Of a stretch of 64,000 nucleotides of DNA, positions 19,530 through 27,253 are shown one piece after another. Each line of letters opens with the position of its first letter. The first letter of the stretch is position 1. The stretch comes from an uncultured Verrucomicrobiota bacterium (GTDB taxonomy: Bacteria > Verrucomicrobiota > Kiritimatiellia > CAIQIC01 > Lenti-01): contig CALMNW010000034.1 in the NCBI GenBank assembly GCA_937872095.1, forward strand, positions 20,107-84,106, in the 5' to 3' direction. A program made the translations under genes and the position numbers. Below the pieces are notes generated by a model, which saw only the letters and a program-made list of their open reading frames with translations, searched no databases and was not told the DNA's origin.

Positions 19530-20693
19530 TTGGAAAAAGGATCTTCCATGAGCCAGAACCCGAGATTGTTCCTGTCGCCGCCGCACATGGGCGGGCGCGA
19601 AATCGAATTCGTGCAGCAGGCGTTCGCGTCGAACTACATCGCGCCGCTGGGCCCGATGGTGGATGCGTTCGAGCGCGACTTCGCCGCCTTCGTCGGCATT
19701 CCGCATTGCTTGGCGCTGGCCAGCGGCACGGCGGCGACGCATCTGGCGCTGCGGCATCTCGGCATCCGGCCCGGCGACGAAATCCTGGCCTCGACGCTGA
19801 CGTTCATCGGCAGCGTGACGCCGGCGACGTTCGAACGCGCGACGCTGGCGTTCGTCGATTGCGACGAGGCGAGCTGGAACCTGGATCCGGACCTGCTGGA
19901 AGAGGCGTTGGCCGACGGCGCCAAGCGCGGCAAACTGCCCAAGGCGGTGATTCCGACCGACCTGTATGGGCTGCCGTGCGATCTGCCGCGGATTTGCGCG
20001 ATCTGCGACCGCTACGCCGTGCCGGTGATCTGCGACTCGGCGGAATCCGTCGGCGCGCGCTACGGCGGACGCCATGCCGGCGCCGACGCCTGGGCGGCGA
20101 CGTATTCCTTCAACGGCAACAAGATCATCACGACGTCGGGCGGGGGCATGCTGGCGTCGGCGGACAAGGACCTGATCGACCACGCGCGCAAGCTGTCGCA
20201 GCAGGCGCGCGAGGCGACGCCGTGGTACGAGCACGTGGAGATCGGATGCAACTACCGGATGAGCAACGTGCTGGCGGGCATCGGGCGCGGCCAACTCGAA
20301 GTGCTGGAAGATCGCGTGCGCCGGCGCCGGGAGATTTTCGAGGGCTATCGGGCGCGATTGGGCGACCTGCCAGGGATCTCGTTCATGCCCGAGCCGGAGG
20401 GCTGGCGCAGCAATCGCTGGCTGACCGTGCTCCAGATCGATCCGGCGGCGTTCGGGGTCGATACCCATGCGGTGCGGGAAGCGCTGGAGGCGGAGAACAT
20501 CGAAGCGCGCCCGGTCTGGAAGCCGATGCATCTGCAACCGGTGTTCCAAGGGGCGAAGCTGTGGAAAGCGGAGGGCGAAGCGGTCAGCGAGCGATTGTTC
20601 GCGCGCGGGCTGTGCCTGCCTTCGGGAACGGCCCTGACGGACGGCGATCTGGACCGCGTGTGCGGGATCGTCCGCCGGGCGTCGGGACGCTGA
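19530..20693 (+). CDS. DegT/DnrJ/EryC1/StrS-family PLP-dependent sugar aminotransferase
   Basis: Full-length family pattern: GDEILASTLTF...CDSAESVGARY...YSFNGNKIITTSGGGML (PLP Lys)...RPVWKPMHLQPVF. An alternative ATG start lies at 19548. Confidence 0.8.
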   Translation: MEKGSSMSQNPRLFLSPPHMGGREIEFVQQAFASNYIAPLGPMVDAFERDFAAFVGIPHCLALASGTAATHLALRHLGIRPGDEILASTLTFIGSVTPATFERATLAFVDCDEASWNLDPDLLEEALADGAKRGKLPKAVIPTDLYGLPCDLPRICAICDRYAVPVICDSAESVGARYGGRHAGADAWAATYSFNGNKIITTSGGGMLASADKDLIDHARKLSQQAREATPWYEHVEIGCNYRMSNVLAGIGRGQLEVLEDRVRRRREIFEGYRARLGDLPGISFMPEPEGWRSNRWLTVLQIDPAAFGVDTHAVREALEAENIEARPVWKPMHLQPVFQGAKLWKAEGEAVSERLFARGLCLPSGTALTDGDLDRVCGIVRRASGR

Positions 20694-20715
20694 GAGGGGC
20701 ACGGGGGAATTCGGC

Positions 20716-21153
20716 GTGAGAACGGCCCCGGCCATGTTCGCGAACCGCCTGAAAACGCGGTTATTGGCCTGTCCGTTGAGGATTCGCCGGTGGGCCTGCG
20801 CCGTCCACATGGCGGCGATCGCCGTTCTTTCGCTGTTGCCGGCCTGGGTGTTTCCGCCGTCGCCGCCTGGGATTCCGGGCCTCGACAAGGTCGTGCACGT
20901 GGCGATGTACGGGGTTCTGGGGGCCTTGCTGCGCTGGGCGTCCGAGCCTTGGGCGGCGACGCGCGCCGCCCGTTGGCTGCCGGTCGCTGGCGCTTTATAC
21001 GGACTGCTGTTGGAATGGCTGCAGCCGTGGATCGGCGGGACGGGACGTTCGTTCGGTTGGGGGGATGCGGCGGCGAACCTGGCCGGAGTCATGCTGGCCT
21101 GGTGGGCGGCCGGGCGCTTTTGGGGCCGCGGCGAATTAATTCCATCCAAATGA
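20716..21153 (+). CDS. VanZ-like family membrane protein
   Basis: 145 aa with 4 TM segments. LDKVVHVAMYGVLGALL and a C-terminal GD-x3-N motif (GDAAANLAGV) are typical of VanZ-like proteins. Confidence 0.55.
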   Translation: MRTAPAMFANRLKTRLLACPLRIRRWACAVHMAAIAVLSLLPAWVFPPSPPGIPGLDKVVHVAMYGVLGALLRWASEPWAATRAARWLPVAGALYGLLLEWLQPWIGGTGRSFGWGDAAANLAGVMLAWWAAGRFWGRGELIPSK

Positions 21154-21230
21154 TTTTCTGCGTTTCTTTTGGCGGTGTGTGCTATACACTCCATTGAAAT
21201 GGGCCTATAAAACGTCGAAGGCCGGAAGCC

Positions 21231-23132
21231 ATGATCCAGCAACTCAAGAACCGGAATTTCTACATCATCTTGGTCGGGGACCTGGGGCTGTTCGCCGCCT
21301 CGTTGATTTTGGCCTACGGCCTGCGCTTCTCCTTGGAGATTCCGGAAAGGGAATGGGTCAAAATCGCCCTCCTCCTGCCTTTCCTTTTGCCGACGAAGGC
21401 GATCGTCTTCTTCCTCATGGGCGTGTACCGCGGGATGTGGCGCTACACGAGCGTTCCGGACGCCCTCCGGCTGGTCAAAGCGTCGATATTGGCCACCTTG
21501 ACCGTGATGACGGCGCTGACGCTGACCCAGCAGTTCTGGGGCTATTCCCGATCCGTATTCGTGGCGGACTGCATTTTCACGGTCTTTTTCTGCGGAGGAT
21601 TCCGCTTGGCCATCCGGATTCTGGGCACGAACAAGCGCGCGATGCTCAAGTTCTGGGACCGGGAACCGGAAGACAGCCTGCCGGTTCGGCACGTGCGGTT
21701 GCTGATCATCGGCGCGGGCGACGCGGCGGCCAGCATCATCCGGGAAATCCAGGGCAATTCGCGTTCGCCGTACGACGTCGTGGCCTGCATCGACGACGAC
21801 TATCGCAAACATGGCCACACGCTGCTCGAAGTGCCGGTGCGCGGGCCGGTCGACAAGTTGCTGTATTTCGTGAACCGCTTCCAGGCCGACGAAATCCTGA
21901 TCGCGATGCCCTCGGTGGGGGGCGAGGAAATGCGCCGGATCGTCGATGCCTGCAAGGCGTCCAACCTGCCGTTCAAGACCTTGCCGTCGCTGGGGGGGCT
22001 GGTGGACGGCAAAGTGACGGTGAACGACGTCCGCGAAGTGAAGTACGAAGACATTTTGGGCCGGCCGCCGGTCCAGATGGACTACGCCGGGATCGGAAAA
22101 TACCTCACGGGCAAGACCGTGGCCGTGACCGGGGCCGGTGGTTCCATCGGGTCGGAACTGTGCCGGCAGATCCTGCGCTTCAAGCCGGCGGCGCTGGTGC
22201 TGATCGAGGCCAACGAATTCAATCTGTACCGGATCGAGCGGGAACTGCAGGCGGACAACCGCGGAGAGGTGCTGCGGACGGTGATGGGCCGGGTGCAGGA
22301 TCGCGCGCTGATGGCGAACGTTTTCGACAAGTTCAGGCCCCACGCCGTTTTCCACGCCGCGGCCTGCAAGCACGTGCCGATGGTGGAGATCAATCCCCGG
22401 GAGGGCATCCTCAACAACACCCTCGGCAGCCAGACGATGATGGACGTGGCCGAAGAGTACGGCGTCGAGCGGTTCGTGCTGGTTTCGACGGACAAGGCGG
22501 TGCGGCCGACGAACGTGATGGGCGCGAGCAAGCGCGTGGCCGAAATCGCGCTGCAGGCCCGCGTGCCGGGCAAGACCCGCTTCATGGCGGTGCGGTTCGG
22601 CAACGTGCTGGGTTCCTCGGGGTCGGTGATCCCGCTCTTCCGCAAGCAGATCCAGGCCGGCGGGCCGGTGACGGTGACGCATCCGGAAATGACGCGCTAT
22701 TTCATGATGATCCCCGAGGCCTGCCAACTGATCCTGCAGGCGGGCGCGATGGGAGACGGCGGCGAAATCTTCATTCTGGAGATGGGCACGCCGGTCAAGA
22801 TCGCCGACATGGCGCGCGACATGATCCGGCTGTCCGGCAAGGTCCCCGACCAGGACGTCCAAATCGTCTATACGGGCCTGCGCCCGGGCGAAAAGCTCTA
22901 CGAGGAACTCATCACGCAAGGCGAAGGCATCGTGGCGACGGCCCATGAAAAGATCATGGTGCTCAAGCGCGACGGCCACGGGGTGGATTCCGCGGATACG
23001 GACCGGAAAGTCCGGGAACAGATCGACCGCCTGGCGGCGGCGGCGGGCACCTTCGAGCCGGAGCAAATCAAGGCCGCGCTCAAAGCGATCGTGCCGGAAT
23101 ACGCTCCGGCGCCGCCGGTCGCGTCGGCATGA
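21231..23132 (+). CDS. CapD/WbpM/PglF-like membrane-bound NDP-sugar 4,6-dehydratase (polysaccharide biosynthesis protein)
   Basis: Four N-terminal TM helices, a Rossmann linker domain and a C-terminal SDR domain: TVAVTGAGGSIGSEL...HAAACKHVPMVE...VLVSTDKAVRPTNVMGASKR...MTRYFMMIPEA. Confidence 0.8.
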   Translation: MIQQLKNRNFYIILVGDLGLFAASLILAYGLRFSLEIPEREWVKIALLLPFLLPTKAIVFFLMGVYRGMWRYTSVPDALRLVKASILATLTVMTALTLTQQFWGYSRSVFVADCIFTVFFCGGFRLAIRILGTNKRAMLKFWDREPEDSLPVRHVRLLIIGAGDAAASIIREIQGNSRSPYDVVACIDDDYRKHGHTLLEVPVRGPVDKLLYFVNRFQADEILIAMPSVGGEEMRRIVDACKASNLPFKTLPSLGGLVDGKVTVNDVREVKYEDILGRPPVQMDYAGIGKYLTGKTVAVTGAGGSIGSELCRQILRFKPAALVLIEANEFNLYRIERELQADNRGEVLRTVMGRVQDRALMANVFDKFRPHAVFHAAACKHVPMVEINPREGILNNTLGSQTMMDVAEEYGVERFVLVSTDKAVRPTNVMGASKRVAEIALQARVPGKTRFMAVRFGNVLGSSGSVIPLFRKQIQAGGPVTVTHPEMTRYFMMIPEACQLILQAGAMGDGGEIFILEMGTPVKIADMARDMIRLSGKVPDQDVQIVYTGLRPGEKLYEELITQGEGIVATAHEKIMVLKRDGHGVDSADTDRKVREQIDRLAAAAGTFEPEQIKAALKAIVPEYAPAPPVASA

Positions 23133-24553
23133 CGTCCGGCGACTCCACCGCGGCTTACTGGTGCCGGAAGCCGCAGATTTCCGCCTGTCGCGAAGGCGAC
23201 AATCTCATTTTGTTCGATCCCGACCGCGCGCGCGAAAAAGTCGTCAACGGCGCCGGTTCTGCCGTTTGGCAGGCCATGGACGGCGCGGCGCGGACGGAGA
23301 ATCTCGCCGCGGCGCTGGGCCGGCGATACGACGTTTCGCCGACGGACGACGTCCGGGCCGACGCCCGCGCGTTCGCTGAAGAACTGCTTCGCGATGGATT
23401 CGCCGAAGCGGCGCCGACGCCGCGTCCGGCGCCGTTGCCGGCGGAGGACTATTCCTGGATCCGCGAAGCGCCGCGCGCGCTGGACGTCTCGCTCACCGGC
23501 CGTTGCAATCTGCGGTGCGCCTATTGCTTCTATGCCGACGAGATGGTCGGGCGCCGCGACCTGCCCGCGGACCGCTGGCTGGCCTTTTTCCGCGAACTGG
23601 ACGGCTTGGCCGTGCGCACGCTGACGCTGAGCGGCGGGGAAATCTTCCTGCGGCGCGATCTGTGGGAGCTGATCGACGGCATCGTGGCGGCCCGCATGCG
23701 CTACTCGGTGCTGACGAACGGAACGCTGCTGACGGACGACGTCTTGACCCAACTGGGCCAGACGCATCGCCGCCGGCGCCTGGATTCGATCCAGGTTTCG
23801 ATCGACGGGTCCTGCGCGGAAATCCACGACGCGTCGCGCGGGAAGGGGAGTTTCGAGCAGGCCCTCCGCGGCCTGCGGCTCCTGAAAGCCGCTGGATTTC
23901 CCGCGACGGCCCGCGTGACGGTCAACCGGCACAACGCGGGCGATTTGGAAAACGTGTTCCGGTTGCTGCTGGACGACGTCGGTTTGGCGCGGGTCGGCAC
24001 GAACGACGCCATTCCGCTGGGGACGGGTTGCGCGCGGCAGGAGGACATCGTGCTGCGGCCGGAGCAGCGGCCCGAAGCGATGCGGGCGTTGGTCCGGCTG
24101 GAACGGACCTATCCGGGCCGCATCCAGGCCACGGCCGGTTCGCTGGCCCTCTGGCACATGTTCCGGGAGATGGAAGAGGCGCGGGCAAGCGGGCAGAAAA
24201 CCCGGCGCTGGAAGATGGGTTGCCTGTCGTCTTGCGGGTGCATGTTCGCGAAGCTGGCCGTGCACCACGACGGCATGATCGTGCCGTGCAACATGCTCGC
24301 GGCGGCTTCGCTGGGCATCATCGGCGAGACGCCGATCCGGTCCATCTGGCAGGACCATCCGCTGCTGAAGGAGATGCGGGAGCGGGGGCAGATCCCGATG
24401 GACCAGGTGCCGGGCTGCGCGGGCTGCGAGTGGGCGTCTTTTTGCAGCGGCGGTTGCCCGGCGGCGGAATACACGCGGACGGGCGAGATGAACGTGGCCA
24501 ATCCGGACTGCTGCTACCGGAAGTTCCTCGACGAGTGCGGCGGGTTGCCATGA
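23129..24553 (+). CDS. PqqD-like (RRE) domain fused to a radical SAM / SPASM-domain enzyme (RiPP-maturase-like)
   Basis: ATGA overlap with the CapD gene. Residues 20-95 resemble PqqD (NLILFDPDRAREKVVNGAGSAVWQAM...ARAFAEELLRDGF). CNLRCAYC is the Cx3Cx2C radical-SAM cluster. The C-terminus has 8+ Cys in SPASM spacing (CGCMF...PCN...CAGCEWASFCSGGCPA...CC). Confidence 0.75.
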   Translation: MTSGDSTAAYWCRKPQISACREGDNLILFDPDRAREKVVNGAGSAVWQAMDGAARTENLAAALGRRYDVSPTDDVRADARAFAEELLRDGFAEAAPTPRPAPLPAEDYSWIREAPRALDVSLTGRCNLRCAYCFYADEMVGRRDLPADRWLAFFRELDGLAVRTLTLSGGEIFLRRDLWELIDGIVAARMRYSVLTNGTLLTDDVLTQLGQTHRRRRLDSIQVSIDGSCAEIHDASRGKGSFEQALRGLRLLKAAGFPATARVTVNRHNAGDLENVFRLLLDDVGLARVGTNDAIPLGTGCARQEDIVLRPEQRPEAMRALVRLERTYPGRIQATAGSLALWHMFREMEEARASGQKTRRWKMGCLSSCGCMFAKLAVHHDGMIVPCNMLAAASLGIIGETPIRSIWQDHPLLKEMRERGQIPMDQVPGCAGCEWASFCSGGCPAAEYTRTGEMNVANPDCCYRKFLDECGGLP

Positions 24554-25125
24554 CGGAGCGCCCGGAAGATCGCCTGCGGTTTCTTGCCCGGAACGACCTG
24601 GCCGTCGAAGATTTCGGGGAGCGGGCGCTGGTTTTGCTGTGCGGGGCGTTGCGGCTGCGGGAGATCAACGCGGTTTCGCGGCGGATGCTGGCGTTGCTTG
24701 ACGGGAAGCGGACCGTGCAGGATATTGCCGGCGAAACGGGAATGGCGGCGGCGATCGTCCGCCAGGCGCTTCTGGAGATGGAACGCCAAGGCATGGTCCG
24801 GCGCGTGGCCGAGTTGGAGCAGGAAAGGTCCGAAACGATGAACGAGGCAACCTATCTGGCGGATCCCGACGTTTCCTTCCGGCGCGAAGGCGACGAAGGC
24901 GGAATCCTCTACGACGTGGAATCGGATGCGCTGGAGGTCGTCAATCCGGTGGCGGCGGAGATCTGGGAATTTCTTGCGGCGCCGCATACGCAGGCCGAAA
25001 TCGTCGCGCACCTGTGCGAGGTCTGCGATGGGGCCGCCCGCGGCGCGGTCGAGAAGGACGTCGCCGAATTTCTCGGGTCGCTCCTGAAAAAAGGATTCGT
25101 CGGCATCGTGAAGGAGCCGGCGTGA
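24550..25125 (+). CDS. Tandem PqqD-family protein (two RiPP-recognition-element-like domains)
   Basis: ATGA overlap; the long ORF 23503..25125 is an extension. Two consecutive PqqD-like units: ALVLLCGALRLREINAVSRRMLALLDGKRTVQDIAGETG... and GGILYDVESDALEVVNPVAAEIWEFLAAPHTQAEIVAHLCEVCDGAARGAVEKDVAEFLGSLLKKGFV. Confidence 0.7.
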   Translation: MTERPEDRLRFLARNDLAVEDFGERALVLLCGALRLREINAVSRRMLALLDGKRTVQDIAGETGMAAAIVRQALLEMERQGMVRRVAELEQERSETMNEATYLADPDVSFRREGDEGGILYDVESDALEVVNPVAAEIWEFLAAPHTQAEIVAHLCEVCDGAARGAVEKDVAEFLGSLLKKGFVGIVKEPA

Positions 25126-26297
25126 CGGAAGCGGCCGATAGCTGCGACGGACTGGACGAGCAAGCCGCATCCGCGTCGCCGACGGGCATGCCGCCGGACG
25201 TGCCGGCGCTGAAGGTGTTCTACCTCTATCTCTCGGCCGGTTGCAATCTCTGCTGCCGCCATTGCTGGATCACGCCCACGTTCGTGCACGGCCAGCCGGT
25301 GCCGGCGGAGTGCCTGGATTTTGGCTTGCTTCAGAGCGCGGTGGCGGCAGCCAAGCCCATGGGACTGTCTTCGGCCAAGTTGACCGGCGGCGAGCCGACG
25401 CTGCATCCGGAATTCCGGAAGATCGTCGATTACCTGACGGGCGAGGGGCTGGATCTTTCCATGGAAACCAACGCCACGCTGATCGATCGGGATCTGGCGG
25501 TTCATCTGCGGAAAAAAACGTCGTTGAAGCGCGTTGCCGTCAGCTTGGACAGCCCATTGGCGGAGGAACACGATCGTTTCCGGGGCCGGGACGGCGCGTT
25601 TGCCGCCGCCGTGCGCGGCATCGGACATCTGGTGGCCGCCGGACTCCGGCCGCAGATCATCATGTCGGTTTATCGAGGCAATCTGGACCGAATCGAGGGA
25701 TTGATCGAACTGGCGATGAAACTGGGCGCCCTTTCGGTGAAGTTCAATCCGGTCACCCGCTCGGGCCGGGGCGAGGAAATGCATCGGCAAGGGCAAGGGC
25801 TGGATTTCGATGAATGGGTGGCGCTGATTCGGCGCGTTCGCGGGCCGTTGCGGGAACGGTATCCCATCCACCTCAACGCGATGGTGCCGCCGGCGATGTC
25901 GACGGTGGGGGAATTGTTGCGCTACGGCGGCGAAGGCGCGGGGTGCCACGTGCGGCACATTTTGGGGATTCTCGGCACCGGCGAGATGGCGCTGTGCGGG
26001 ATCGGCCGGAACGTGCCGGAGTTGTGTTTCGGAAAACTGGGACAAGACTCCCTGCGGGAGGTTTGGATGCACCATCCGACCTTGGTCCAGATGCGGAAGG
26101 ATCTGCAGGGCCCGTTTCCGGGCATCTGCGGCGATTGCCTGCATGCGGGCCGTTGCCTGACCCACTGCCTGGCGCAGAACTTCGAGGCGAACGGCCAGCT
26201 GGTGTCGCCGTCGCCTCTGTGCGCGGAAGCCGTGCGCCGCGGCGTTTTTCCCGAGACCCGGCGGATTTCATGGGGACAGAGGCGGACGACCGCATGA
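25122..26297 (+). CDS. Radical SAM / SPASM-domain protein (second maturase-like enzyme)
   Basis: CNLCCRHC gives C-x3-C-x2-C at Cys1/5/8. The C-terminal SPASM region is CHVRH...CGIG...CGDCLHAGRCLTHC. A GTG start at 25122 overlaps the upstream stop (GTGA); an alternative ATG is at 25188. Confidence 0.65.
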   Translation: MTEAADSCDGLDEQAASASPTGMPPDVPALKVFYLYLSAGCNLCCRHCWITPTFVHGQPVPAECLDFGLLQSAVAAAKPMGLSSAKLTGGEPTLHPEFRKIVDYLTGEGLDLSMETNATLIDRDLAVHLRKKTSLKRVAVSLDSPLAEEHDRFRGRDGAFAAAVRGIGHLVAAGLRPQIIMSVYRGNLDRIEGLIELAMKLGALSVKFNPVTRSGRGEEMHRQGQGLDFDEWVALIRRVRGPLRERYPIHLNAMVPPAMSTVGELLRYGGEGAGCHVRHILGILGTGEMALCGIGRNVPELCFGKLGQDSLREVWMHHPTLVQMRKDLQGPFPGICGDCLHAGRCLTHCLAQNFEANGQLVSPSPLCAEAVRRGVFPETRRISWGQRRTTA

Positions 26298-26872
26298 CTT
26301 TTTCCGGCGGGGAAGGTCTTTTTCTGCATGCGTCCGCGGTGACCATGGACGGTGAAGCGTTTCTTTTCCTGGGGCATTCGACGGCGGGGAAGAGCACGAT
26401 CGCCCGGTTGCTGGGGGAGGCATATCCGGTCGTCGCCGACGATTCGGTCTTTGCCGCGCGCGGGCCGGATGGCCGCTGGAGCGTGGTCGACGGCGGATTC
26501 CGATTCAAAGAAACGGATCTCGCGGGCTGGCAAGAGCGGATTCGCCGCCAGATCGCCGAACGACCCATTCCCTTGCGGGCTTGTCTGCGCATCCACAAGG
26601 CGCCCGAGCTTCGCATCGAGCCGATGGATTCGCTGGAGTTGGCGCGATATTTGATGGATGCCGCGATGGAAATCGACTTGCAGCGGAAATTCGGGCGGCT
26701 GGCGGGCAAATCCAAGATCGAATCCGCAGTCTGGAACGAAGGCCTGCGAATGAGGGGGCATTGGTTTGGCCAAGCGGCAGAGATCGCCCGAACGATCCCG
26801 GGAAGGCATCTCTGGTTTTCGCGCGAGACGCCAGTCCGGGAAATTTGCGAAACGCTGCACCCGTCGGTCTGA
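26294..26872 (+). CDS. HPr-kinase-related P-loop kinase (HprK C-terminal-domain-like)
   Basis: ATGA overlap. GHSTAGKST P-loop in an HprK-like context (LFLHASAV...GEAFLFLGHSTAGKSTIA), 192 aa. Confidence 0.55.
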   Translation: MTFSGGEGLFLHASAVTMDGEAFLFLGHSTAGKSTIARLLGEAYPVVADDSVFAARGPDGRWSVVDGGFRFKETDLAGWQERIRRQIAERPIPLRACLRIHKAPELRIEPMDSLELARYLMDAAMEIDLQRKFGRLAGKSKIESAVWNEGLRMRGHWFGQAAEIARTIPGRHLWFSRETPVREICETLHPSV

Positions 26873-27253
26873 TCGCAAAATGGGGGAAGTTCGGTCGCCG
26901 GCAGCTACATCTGCGATGGATGTGACCGGCCAGCCGCCGGCGATATTAAAAATTGCGCTCTAACCTCTCAGTAACATGGCCTATTCGCTTTGCGTGAAGA
27001 ATATCGCGGCCTTTGAAATTCGTATTGCTCTGTTGGCAATGAAGATAAGATGAAACATCTTGTCGTGTCCGAGCAATCGGCAGGGGGTGGACATTCGGGC
27101 AAGGGACCGGCATTAACACAATCATAACTATATTGTAACCATATATTAATCGTACACAGTTTGCGTATAAATATCTAAACGGCTACTTTCTTTTCATCTA
27201 ATAAGCAGGCGGCTGATTTTATCCGTCGCCTTTGGTGTTTTGTGGCAAAAACG
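26873..27253 (+). promoter_or_regulatory. AT-rich intergenic region upstream of the giant gene; the only break in coupling in the first 40 kb
   Basis: About 380 bp, with the stretch 27100-27200 below 35% GC inside a ~67% GC context (tataaatatctaaacggctactttcttttcatctaataagc). No convincing ORF. Promoter elements are not individually assignable. Confidence 0.3.

Noticed and set aside
18807-23066. 1419-aa minus-strand ORF across the sugar transferase, DegT, VanZ and CapD genes
   Set aside because: Shadow ORF. The + strand genes it overlaps all have clear family signatures, and its own translation is low-complexity Arg-rich.
23503-25125. 540-aa ORF overlapping the PqqD-rSAM-SPASM gene
   Set aside because: Only the last 191 codons (from the ATG at 24550) encode PqqD-like domains. 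The upstream part is an out-of-frame overlap with a gene that has clear rSAM and SPASM motifs.
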